From a virus (Duplodnaviria > Caudoviricetes), in IMG/VR virus record IMGVR_UViG_3300025836_000014, positions 1 through 40,958 of that record: a stretch of DNA of 40,958 bases, one strand, 5' to 3'. This document shows positions 33,211-40,958 of the stretch, in pieces. The position numbers were made by a program, and so were the translations under genes. The notes below the pieces were generated by a model. That model saw only the letters and a program-made list of their open reading frames with translations, was not told the DNA's origin and did not search any database. The first letter of the stretch is position 1. Every line of letters begins with the position of its first letter.

Positions 33211-34343
33211 TGTACCCCGTCTCTGCGGACTGGGACGCGGCCATCCGAGGCTTTCGCCAAAAGCTGGCGAGAGTCGAGATCCGGCGCACTGGTTCGGCGA
33301 CGGTCACGCTCGTGGCGAAGGCCGGCACGATCCGTGTCGACGAGTCCTCAGCGGTGCGGCGCAGCCTCGACCTGACCCTCGCCGACCTGTACCTGCCGGA
33401 CGGCTCGCGACTGACGCCCCGTACCGCGACCGATCTGCTCGCCCCGTTCGGCACCGAGATCTGGGTGTGGTCGGGGCACCGGTACACGTCCGGCGTGGAG
33501 GAGCTCGTCCCGGTCGGCGTGTTCTGCCCGACCGACGTCAACCGCGACTCGTGGCTGTCGCAGCTGCAGATCACCGCCCCGGACCGTTCGCGCGCGGTGA
33601 CGATGGCGAAGTTCCTGCTCCCGTACAACGTGGCCGCCGGGACTTTGATCACGGCCCTCATCACGACCCTCATCCTCCGTGGCGGCGCGTTCCCGGTGCT
33701 CGACCTGTCCGGGTCGCGTGCGGTCACCACTTCGGCGATGACCTACGACACGCTCGCCGATCCGTGGGAGGAAGCGCGGAAGCTGGCGACGACGATCGGC
33801 TGCGAGGTCGCCCCGAACGTGATCGGGCAGTTCATCATCCGCTCCGTGCCGCAGGTCGGAACGCCTGTGTGGACTGTGGACGTCGACCCGGTCCAGGGTG
33901 CCCTGCTCGACCTGGGGCAGTCGATGACATCAGAGGGCGTGTACAACGCCTGCAGCGTCTCCTCGAGCGCCGTGGGTGCCGACCCGGTCACCGGGTACGC
34001 ATGGATCGCCGACGGGCCGCTAGCCGTGACGGAAATCGGCTGGCGCTCCTTCTCGTTCAGCACGCCGATCGGCATCTCGACGACCGCTCAGGCGATGCAC
34101 GCGGCGGCCGGCCTGTTGCCGTCGAAGATGGCCGTATCCCGCAAGTTCGCCCCGGTCACCGTCTGCAATCAGGCTCTCGACACGGGCGACACCGAGCGAC
34201 TGACGTTGCCGGGAGAGAACGCCGCTGTCGACGTGGTCGTGTCCGGCTTCAACCTCAGCCTGCACCCGGACGCGCAAGGCATGACCCAGGCAGTCCGCTA
34301 CCCGGTGACGGCCACGACAGGGACGGCGGTGACCGGCTCATGA
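33210..34343 (+). CDS. Minor tail/baseplate hub protein (DUF5047-like)
   Basis: MYPVSADW..AI...GTIRVD.SSAVRRSL.L...LAPFG.E...VPVGVF...DRS...VYNA. Confidence 0.8.
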   Translation: MYPVSADWDAAIRGFRQKLARVEIRRTGSATVTLVAKAGTIRVDESSAVRRSLDLTLADLYLPDGSRLTPRTATDLLAPFGTEIWVWSGHRYTSGVEELVPVGVFCPTDVNRDSWLSQLQITAPDRSRAVTMAKFLLPYNVAAGTLITALITTLILRGGAFPVLDLSGSRAVTTSAMTYDTLADPWEEARKLATTIGCEVAPNVIGQFIIRSVPQVGTPVWTVDVDPVQGALLDLGQSMTSEGVYNACSVSSSAVGADPVTGYAWIADGPLAVTEIGWRSFSFSTPIGISTTAQAMHAAAGLLPSKMAVSRKFAPVTVCNQALDTGDTERLTLPGENAAVDVVVSGFNLSLHPDAQGMTQAVRYPVTATTGTAVTGS

Positions 34344-35137
34344 CGACGACTCTGCGTGACGCGCTGGCCTCGACTCCCGAGCCGGACGGTACGACGGCGA
34401 AGATCTACCGCGTCTATGCCGATGGCACCGTCGACCTGAACCTTGGTGGCGGGCGGATCTTCGGACCGGTGAACGTGCTCAGCACCTACACGCCGACAAC
34501 GGGCGCGCTCGTGTCGATCATGACCTACCCGAACGGGCAGAAGATCGTGCTCGGCACGACCCGAACCGCGAACGCGACGACGCAACGCGAAACTGTGGCT
34601 GTCGCGTTCCCGTACAACGTGCTGCCCGGCACCAGCTCGGTCGCGAACCCGCTGGTTGTGGGCGCCGCGGCCTCTGGCTCGTACCGGTCTGCTGACGGGT
34701 GGGCGTGGCTCAGTGACGGCACGGTCGCCCAGGGGGCAAACAGCACCGCGTACGGCTTCTATAAGGGCTGCTGGTTCTACGGTGACAGCGCGTTCGCGGC
34801 GCTCGCCGGACGGACCGTGACCCGTGTCGCGCTGACCGTGGCCCGCAAGTCCGCGGGTGGCGTCGCCGGCGCCCAAGTCCACACCGCAGCGCTCCACGCG
34901 CACGGCGGCCAGCCGGCGGGTGAGCCCACGTTCCTGGTCGCGGCCCAGGACATCGGCTCTCTCGCCTGGGGTGCGGCGGCCGAGTTCGACCTTCCCGTGT
35001 GGTGGGGCCAGGGGCTGGTGGACGGGACCGCGCGTGGCGTCGGCCTACTGCGGCTCGCGTCCGGCAACGGCAACTACAGCCTCTGCCAGCCTGCGGGCGT
35101 CTCCTCGTCCGGCCAGCTGCGGATCTGGTGGTCCTGA
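34340..35137 (+). CDS. Minor tail protein
   Basis: N-terminal OB-like segment (V.STYTP..G..V), SGSYR...QG...GCWFYG, ...L.IWW end. Confidence 0.75.
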   Translation: MTTTLRDALASTPEPDGTTAKIYRVYADGTVDLNLGGGRIFGPVNVLSTYTPTTGALVSIMTYPNGQKIVLGTTRTANATTQRETVAVAFPYNVLPGTSSVANPLVVGAAASGSYRSADGWAWLSDGTVAQGANSTAYGFYKGCWFYGDSAFAALAGRTVTRVALTVARKSAGGVAGAQVHTAALHAHGGQPAGEPTFLVAAQDIGSLAWGAAAEFDLPVWWGQGLVDGTARGVGLLRLASGNGNYSLCQPAGVSSSGQLRIWWS

Positions 35138-35535
35138 TGGCATCCCTGTCGCTGCAGACCCTCTTCGGAAACACCCTCGTCTCCGGCCAGCTCAACCAGC
35201 TCATCCCTGACGTGTCCGTGGGCGATTCGGCGGTGGTCCGCTACGTCGTCGTGACGAACACAGCAGCCGTAGCCGTGACCACGATCCGCGCCTGGCTGGG
35301 TGTCGACACGGGCGGTGTGACGGTCCGTGTCGGACTCGCCTCGGGCACCACCCTGACACCTGTCGCGCCCGGCTCCTGGTCGATTCCGACCTCGGATGCG
35401 GGCGGGATCACGCTCAGCGCGTCGCTCGCGGCTGGCGCCTACGTGCTCATCGGCGTGTGGGTCGACCCGTCGAGCGGGTCCGCCGCATGGCCTGAGAACA
35501 ACGTCCTGTACGTCGCCGGTGACGGCCCGATCTGA
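35137..35535 (+). CDS. Minor tail protein (beta-rich, 132 aa)
   Basis: TGATG coupling on both sides. Confidence 0.65.
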   Translation: MASLSLQTLFGNTLVSGQLNQLIPDVSVGDSAVVRYVVVTNTAAVAVTTIRAWLGVDTGGVTVRVGLASGTTLTPVAPGSWSIPTSDAGGITLSASLAAGAYVLIGVWVDPSSGSAAWPENNVLYVAGDGPI

Positions 35536-35891
35536 TGGGAGCCCCAATGCCCGATCCGTGCCCGACCTGCGGCCATGTACCGGAGCCGCAGCCCTCCGAC
35601 TGGCTCACCGTCGACGAGCTCGCGCTGGTCGGCTTCCTGTCGGCTCGCCTCGCTGAGCATCGCGACGCGGTCGAGGCATACACCACCGGCCCGGCTCGTG
35701 ATGTGGCGATCGTCGCCGCCGACCTGTCCGCGTCGGTGCAGGGCGTCGTGTCCGGGTTCGCATGGACCCGTGACCCCGAGCGGCGCCTTGTGTTGTGGGT
35801 TCCGCTGCTGATGCTGGCCCAACCCTGGTTCGAGCATCCCGACTGCGCGCCCCAGTGGCGTGCCGAACTCCAGTCCCTCCTCGCTAAGTAA
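35535..35891 (+). CDS. Divergent DUF6221-like protein with N-terminal CxxC
   Basis: GFLSARLAE...LLMLAQPWFEHPDCAPQW resembles the 654-977 product. Confidence 0.6.
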   Translation: MGAPMPDPCPTCGHVPEPQPSDWLTVDELALVGFLSARLAEHRDAVEAYTTGPARDVAIVAADLSASVQGVVSGFAWTRDPERRLVLWVPLLMLAQPWFEHPDCAPQWRAELQSLLAK

Positions 35892-35902
35892 AGGACGCGC
35901 CC

Positions 35903-36394
35903 ATGCCCACCACCGCCGCACCGTGGAGCCTCCGCTACCCGGTACTGACCGACACGGCCAACGTCCCGCGCGACCTGGGCTACCTCGCAGCCGACACGGC
36001 CACTGCTCTCGGCCTTCGTAACGAAATCGGTTATGCCGAGATGCTTACACAGCAATATGCGACCAGCCTTATTGATGTCGCGGGGCTAACGGTCACGTTC
36101 GTGGCTGGAACGCTACCCATCTCAATATCCTTGGAGGCGGAGCTCAGCAACTCGGTTGCAACAGGTGAAACCAAGGCCTACATCGTCCTGGACGGTGTGA
36201 CTATCGGCTGGATGTGCACGATCCCCGGCGCAGCCAACCAGCTGATCCAGGAGAACCGGACGGTTCGTGTCACGGGACTTACGGCAGGCTCCCATACCGT
36301 GAAAGCACAATTTGCGTCAACCAGCGGCGGCGCGACAGCGTCGATCCGGGGCGCCGCAGGATCGCCCGCCAGCCTTTCCGTTGTGACGCGGTGA
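35903..36394 (+). CDS. Short tail fibre/receptor-binding-like protein
   Basis: AAAGGA RBS; N-terminal LRYPVLTD.ANVP.DL..LA anchor, beta-sandwich C-terminus (GLTAGSHTVK). Confidence 0.7.
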   Translation: MPTTAAPWSLRYPVLTDTANVPRDLGYLAADTATALGLRNEIGYAEMLTQQYATSLIDVAGLTVTFVAGTLPISISLEAELSNSVATGETKAYIVLDGVTIGWMCTIPGAANQLIQENRTVRVTGLTAGSHTVKAQFASTSGGATASIRGAAGSPASLSVVTR

Positions 36395-37146
36395 CAAGCT
36401 GGTCGTCCTTCGCTGTAGGCACCGTCACAGCCAGTGAGGGTGCCCTGCTGATCCGACCCAAGATCCCTACCAGCCCCGCCCGGCGGGGTGTGATCTCGGT
36501 CCATGGCGCCGGCTCGGGCGCGACTCACTGCATCCAGCCCTACGGGAAGCAGTCGACGCAGACGAATGCTGTGACCGATGCCGGATTCACCATCTTCTCT
36601 GGCGATGTGGGCGGCGACACGTGGGGCAACGCGACCGGCATGGCCCGCATGACCGCCGCCTACAACTACCTCCAAGGCGTGGCCGGTGTCACGCCCGGCA
36701 AGGTGGCGCTCATCTCCGGGTCGATGGGCGGCCTCATCTCCCTCAACTGGGCCGCAGCCAATCCGACGCTCGTGTCGGCGATCGTGTCGTGCATTCCAGT
36801 CATCAACCCGAACGACATCGTCACGAACAACCGGGCACTGCTGGGCAGCAACTATGCGCCGCTCGTGAACGCTGCGTACGGGGGCGCCTACAGCGAGAGT
36901 GTCTACGGCGCAGCATGTAACCCTCGAACTATCGCCACCACCACGGCGAGGCTCCAGGGCATTCCGATGCTGTTCTTCTACGGCCTGACCGACACTCTGT
37001 GTGTACCTGCTGAGATCGTCGCGTTCGCCGCGTCACCCGGAATGAACGTGACGCTTGTTCCGCTGGCCACAGGCCACGAGGAAGCCACCTATAGTGCGGT
37101 CGACTTCCCGCGCGTCGCCGAATTCCTTAAGACCAACGCCGCATAG
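36391..37146 (+). CDS. Alpha/beta hydrolase (esterase)
   Basis: SVHGAG, GSMGG nucleophile elbow, YGLTDT (Asp), TGHE (His). Confidence 0.85.
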   Translation: MTSWSSFAVGTVTASEGALLIRPKIPTSPARRGVISVHGAGSGATHCIQPYGKQSTQTNAVTDAGFTIFSGDVGGDTWGNATGMARMTAAYNYLQGVAGVTPGKVALISGSMGGLISLNWAAANPTLVSAIVSCIPVINPNDIVTNNRALLGSNYAPLVNAAYGGAYSESVYGAACNPRTIATTTARLQGIPMLFFYGLTDTLCVPAEIVAFAASPGMNVTLVPLATGHEEATYSAVDFPRVAEFLKTNAA

Positions 37147-37196
37147 CCGTCGCCGATCTGGCGACCGTCGTCGCCACCAAACTCTGAGGAGGACTG

Positions 37197-38075
37197 ATGC
37201 TCGACACAATCGCCCACGCCAAGGCGTACTGGCGCGGCACGCTCACCTGTAACCGTGCCGCCGCGATGCTCGACGGCGCCATGGCCATCCTCATCCTGCA
37301 GGGCCATGCGGACATCGCCGCAGGGGTCACGCTCGCCCAAGGCTCGTATCGCCCTTGGTCGAAGTACAGCGCCAACACGCACGCCGGCTGCGGCGTCGAC
37401 GACGTCTCCCAGTGGAACGCGATCACGGGCAAGCGGTGGACCTCCGCTCAGTTCGACGCCATCGTCGTCGCGCTGCGGATGGTCGGCTTCGCCGCCTGGC
37501 ATCGGGCGTTGATCATCGACCTGTGGGTCGAGCACATCCACTGTGTGGCGATCGGCTGCCCCGACCTCAACAGGCCTGACGCCACCAACCAAGTCACCTG
37601 GTACAAGCAGGGCCTCGACGGCCTCGCCAGCCACGGCCGCGACAACGGCCCGCGTGACTGGGTCAACGTCACGTGGGAAACCCACCAGGCCACCCATCCG
37701 GATCTGCCCGTCGCCAACGGCCCCATCACCACATCGGAGGAAATCATGCTCGCAACCGTCCCGGACATCGCCAACTGGTACCAGACCCTCTGCGGCCGCG
37801 CCGGCAGCCTTGAGAACCTCGACTACTGGTGGAGGATCGGCGCCGGCGTCGACACGGGCATGTCGATGGACGCCGCACATCTGCGTGCCGCGTTCGCCCG
37901 CAACGACGAGCCGAAGCGGTACACGACCGTGAAGGCGTACCACGATCTGATCGGACGCGAAGCGGGGCCTGGTGAGATCGACTGGCAGGTCGCCCACAAC
38001 ACGACCGCCGACCAGATCCGCGCTGGCGTCGCCAACAGCGCCGAGGCCCGTGCTCACGCCGCCAAGGCCGCCTGA
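37197..38075 (+). CDS. Endolysin, M15-like Zn peptidase plus C-terminal repeats
   Basis: QGSY...SANTHAGCGVDD...LRMVGFAAWHR...EHIH; two Y..L.GR......YW/DW repeats (DUF4214-like); GAGGAGG RBS. Confidence 0.8.
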   Translation: MLDTIAHAKAYWRGTLTCNRAAAMLDGAMAILILQGHADIAAGVTLAQGSYRPWSKYSANTHAGCGVDDVSQWNAITGKRWTSAQFDAIVVALRMVGFAAWHRALIIDLWVEHIHCVAIGCPDLNRPDATNQVTWYKQGLDGLASHGRDNGPRDWVNVTWETHQATHPDLPVANGPITTSEEIMLATVPDIANWYQTLCGRAGSLENLDYWWRIGAGVDTGMSMDAAHLRAAFARNDEPKRYTTVKAYHDLIGREAGPGEIDWQVAHNTTADQIRAGVANSAEARAHAAKAA

Positions 38076-38076
38076 G

Positions 38077-38355
38077 ATGGCTGCCATCCTGCACGTCACG
38101 TGCCCGATCTGCCCCGAGATGCTCGACGCCACTGTCGAGCTCGAGACCTGGGGAAGTGTTGACGCCAGCGACATCGCGATCGCCAGAGTGACGCTCAGCA
38201 CCCCAACCGTCAACGCTCACATCCTCGCCCATGGCGTCGCTGCTCGTCTCAAGGCAGTGCGCCGCGAGCACGTCGCGCGTTCCAAGGTCGACTACCCCGC
38301 CGTGATCGCTCGCCTTGACGAGCAGATCGCCCAAACCAAGGAGGCATCCGAATGA
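38077..38355 (+). CDS. Hypothetical protein (CxxC...H) in the lysis cassette
   Basis: MAAILHVTCPICPE...AHILAH; ATGA overlap with the holin. Confidence 0.65.
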   Translation: MAAILHVTCPICPEMLDATVELETWGSVDASDIAIARVTLSTPTVNAHILAHGVAARLKAVRREHVARSKVDYPAVIARLDEQIAQTKEASE

Positions 38356-38906
38356 CCACCATCGCCGCCAAGCTCAACGACTGGCTGACCCCGACAGCCC
38401 GGAAGTACCTGCACACCATCGTCGCGCTCGCCGCCGGCGTCGCCCTCATCTGGGGCGTCTCGACCGGACTCGTCAATGAGTACGTCGCCCTGGCCGTCGC
38501 CGTCGGCGGACTCCTGTCGGCGATCCTGTCGGCCATCGTCACCAAGCGCGCCGACATGGCGGCCCTGTACGCGGCCGCCGCAGCTGCTGACGCCGCCCTC
38601 GTCGCGTTGCGGTTCCTCGATCCAGTCGTGGCGTCGAAGATCGACCAGACCCTGTACCTGTTCGTCGCCGCGGCCGCTACGTTCGCGTTCACCCGTACGA
38701 ACACGACGACCGTGACCGGAGCACCTGTTGCTGAGATCCCGGCTGCGATCACTCCCACGATCCTGTTCTCGCCGGCGCCGGTCGCTGACCCGTCGATCGA
38801 CATCGTGGCCGCCGCAGCTGCTCACGCCGCTTCTGTCGCCCTGTCGACCACGGCGAGCGCTGACGGGCCCGCTGACGGTACGCCGCCGACCACGACGCTG
38901 AGCTGA
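38352..38906 (+). CDS. Holin (about 4 TM helices)
   Basis: WLTPTARKYLH.I...; multiple hydrophobic helices; downstream of the endolysin. Confidence 0.75.
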   Translation: MTTIAAKLNDWLTPTARKYLHTIVALAAGVALIWGVSTGLVNEYVALAVAVGGLLSAILSAIVTKRADMAALYAAAAAADAALVALRFLDPVVASKIDQTLYLFVAAAATFAFTRTNTTTVTGAPVAEIPAAITPTILFSPAPVADPSIDIVAAAAAHAASVALSTTASADGPADGTPPTTTLS

Positions 38907-38911
38907 CAGTG

Positions 38912-39622
38912 ATGGCCAAGGTACCCTCCGGACCCGCGACGGACGCACACGGTCACGTAGCACTCGACCCGACCGAGAACGTCAAACTGATCGTGGCCTC
39001 CGCCGTCCGCCGCGGGGACGACCTGCGCAACTCCGAGAGCCGCCACACCCGAGAGATCCTCAAACTGCACACCCAACGCGGCGACGACCTCCGCAAGTCG
39101 GAAAGCGAGCACCTGCGTGAGATCAGTGCACTCCGCGCCTTCTTCTACGAAGAGCTCCGGGACGCTGAGGCCAAGCGCATAGACGCGATCCGGGCCGTGG
39201 ATGTCGGGGCCGTGAACCGGGACGCTGAGGTCGCGGCGACTCGGGCCGCGACGCTCGCCACCCAGGTCGCTGTCTCCGCTGAGACGCTGCGGACACAGGT
39301 GCAGGCGACCGCGGCTGCTGGTGTCGTGGGCCTGACTGCCGCTCTCGAACCGATCCAGAAAGACATCCAGGATCTGCGCAAGGCCCAGTACGAGGCTCAG
39401 GGGCAGAAGACGCAGGTCATTGAGACGCGAAGCGCAACCGAGGACCTGAAGCCGTTGGTTGACGCGATCGCCTTGCTGACGAAGGCGCAGGACGCGGCGC
39501 AGGGCAAGCGCGAGCAGATCACAGAGCACCGCGCAAGCACGGGGCTAATCGTCGCCATCGCCTCCCTCGCCGCCCTTTTCGGCGGCGTCATTGTCGCTCT
39601 GGTCGCACTGTTGCTCGGCTGA
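38912..39622 (+). CDS. Coiled-coil protein with C-terminal TM helix
   Basis: Internal repeat RGDDLR.SES.H.REI x2; hydrophobic C-terminus. Confidence 0.72.
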   Translation: MAKVPSGPATDAHGHVALDPTENVKLIVASAVRRGDDLRNSESRHTREILKLHTQRGDDLRKSESEHLREISALRAFFYEELRDAEAKRIDAIRAVDVGAVNRDAEVAATRAATLATQVAVSAETLRTQVQATAAAGVVGLTAALEPIQKDIQDLRKAQYEAQGQKTQVIETRSATEDLKPLVDAIALLTKAQDAAQGKREQITEHRASTGLIVAIASLAALFGGVIVALVALLLG

Positions 39623-39624
39623 CG

Positions 39625-39780
39625 ATGACGCGGGCCAAGGTCCGCAGATGGACACGCGCGGCCGTCCCGAACCCGTGGGAGTACCACGTCACGACGACGC
39701 GGGGGATGTTCCGCGGACACGTACCAACCTGGCAACAGGCGTTCGACCGCGCGCTGCAGATCATCTCCGACCAAACCTGA
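39625..39780 (+). CDS. Hypothetical protein (51 aa)
   Basis: MTRAKVRRW...VPTWQQAFDRAL; fills the gap between neighbours. Confidence 0.5.
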   Translation: MTRAKVRRWTRAAVPNPWEYHVTTTRGMFRGHVPTWQQAFDRALQIISDQT

Positions 39781-39812
39781 CCGACTCCACTCAACCCGTA
39801 CGGAGGATTGAC

Positions 39813-40130
39813 ATGGCAATCAAGGCATCTGTCGTCACCGTCGCCGCGACTGCGACGATTCTGACCGCCGACCAGTCGGACGTGCCCCCCGGTACATCCA
39901 TCGCGATCTACGTCCCATCCGGCGGCGCGACCGTCTACATCGGCGACGCGAGCGTGACGACGGAAACCGGATACCCACTGCTGCCCGGGACCGAGCACTT
40001 CTTCGACCTGGACCCCACGGCCAGCCCGAGTTACTCGACCGCTGCCGTCATCCACACAACCAGCGAGAATCTCTACGGCATCGTCGCCGCCTCGACCCAG
40101 GCCGTCAACGTGATCCAGACGGGGGCATGA
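39813..40130 (+). CDS. Small beta-sandwich virion protein (spike-base-like)
   Basis: GGAGG RBS; TVYIGDASVTTETGYPLLPG...LYGI. Confidence 0.7.
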   Translation: MAIKASVVTVAATATILTADQSDVPPGTSIAIYVPSGGATVYIGDASVTTETGYPLLPGTEHFFDLDPTASPSYSTAAVIHTTSENLYGIVAASTQAVNVIQTGA

Positions 40131-40131
40131 G

Positions 40132-40958
40132 ATGCCACGCATAGGATCGAAGGCGGTGGTGCTCACCGAGAACCCGATCATCCTCACCCCGACCGGCGTC
40201 ACCGCGACGGACACGGCTGCGATGGACGCCGCCGTCACCCTGGCACTGTCGTCCAAGCGTCCCGTCGTCATGCTCGCTGGCACGTTCCAGCGGTCCACCG
40301 CCTGGGACCTCCGCGGCAACGGCCTCCAGGTCCGTGGCGCCGGGCGCGGAGCCACGGTCGTCAAGCAGATGACAGCCAACACGGCGGGCATCATGGTGGG
40401 CCGCTACTACCAGTCCATCACCGACTTCACGGTCATCAACAACGCACAGTCACCCTCCACGGACACCGCAGCGAACGGTGTGGAGTTCTATAAGTCCGGA
40501 TGGTCCACCTACGCGCGCCTCGAGGTGAACCTGTTCGCACGCGGCATGATGATCCCGCAGGCCAATTACAACGACGGCCTGACCACCACCGGCAACTACG
40601 TCTTCTCCTGCGTGTTCGAGTCGAACAAGATCACCGGGTTCAGCATCAAAGCCATCGACCAGACGGCATACCTCGGTGGCAACACCGGATCCCTCTGGCG
40701 CAACACCTTCGTCTCCAACAACTACTCCGGTTCCATCGCCGCCTGCACCGAGAACGTCGTCAAGTTCACCAACTGCGACGAGATGGTCATAGACCAGATG
40801 AACATCGAGTGGTGCTCCAACGCGGCCACCGACATCCTCGGAATCGAGTCGGTCACGAACTGCACCATCCGTGGACTGCACTTCGAGCAGTTGACCTTGT
40901 CGGCGTGGGGTTCGAGTCTGGTCCGTCCGTACGCGTCGCAGATCTCGATCCTCGGGCT
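40132..40958 (+). CDS. Beta-helix (pectate-lyase-like) spike/depolymerase, 3' partial
   Basis: MPRIGSKAVV...TDTAAMDAA...VMLAGTF...VRGAGRGATVVK followed by Asn-rich beta-helix rungs; open to the end of the window. Confidence 0.8.
   Translation, partial: MPRIGSKAVVLTENPIILTPTGVTATDTAAMDAAVTLALSSKRPVVMLAGTFQRSTAWDLRGNGLQVRGAGRGATVVKQMTANTAGIMVGRYYQSITDFTVINNAQSPSTDTAANGVEFYKSGWSTYARLEVNLFARGMMIPQANYNDGLTTTGNYVFSCVFESNKITGFSIKAIDQTAYLGGNTGSLWRNTFVSNNYSGSIAACTENVVKFTNCDEMVIDQMNIEWCSNAATDILGIESVTNCTIRGLHFEQLTLSAWGSSLVRPYASQISILG

Noticed and set aside
31414-40958. Diversity-generating retroelement or invertible tail-fibre cassette
   Set aside because: No reverse transcriptase, invertase or template/variable repeat pair seen.

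Overview
This window is an essentially complete ~41 kb temperate actinobacterial siphovirus genome (high GC), opened inside a beta-helix spike gene: 40132..end and 1..295 are in frame across the join. Gene order runs as follows. A leftward cassette holds a repressor, a short tyrosine integrase, a DUF6221-like gene and a membrane protein. A divergent Cro-like gene starts a long early operon: HNH, several unannotated 31-50 aa membrane peptides, RecE/Cas4-like exonuclease, RecT-like protein, Ead-like, RusA, MazG-like, ParB-like, DUF1643, HTH protein, DNA methyltransferase, HNH, and a wHTH replication initiator followed by four iterons. Next come a late regulator, an HNH, a candidate cos region and the terminases. 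Structural genes follow: portal, ClpP-type protease/scaffold, capsid, head-tail, tail tube, a -1 frameshifted chaperone, tape measure and baseplate genes. The window ends with an esterase, endolysin, holin and a post-lysis spike module. The main points of interest are: a BPs-type integration-dependent immunity layout (ssrA-like tags on Rep and Int) with a palindromic, apparently non-tRNA attP candidate inside rep; mirror-image leaderless promoters with a 14-bp operator that recurs at the late operon; a 30-bp dyad in the packaging region; a small protein carrying an SSB-like C-terminal tip; and two DUF6221-like paralogs in unrelated modules. All family calls come from motif recognition by eye; no searches were run.
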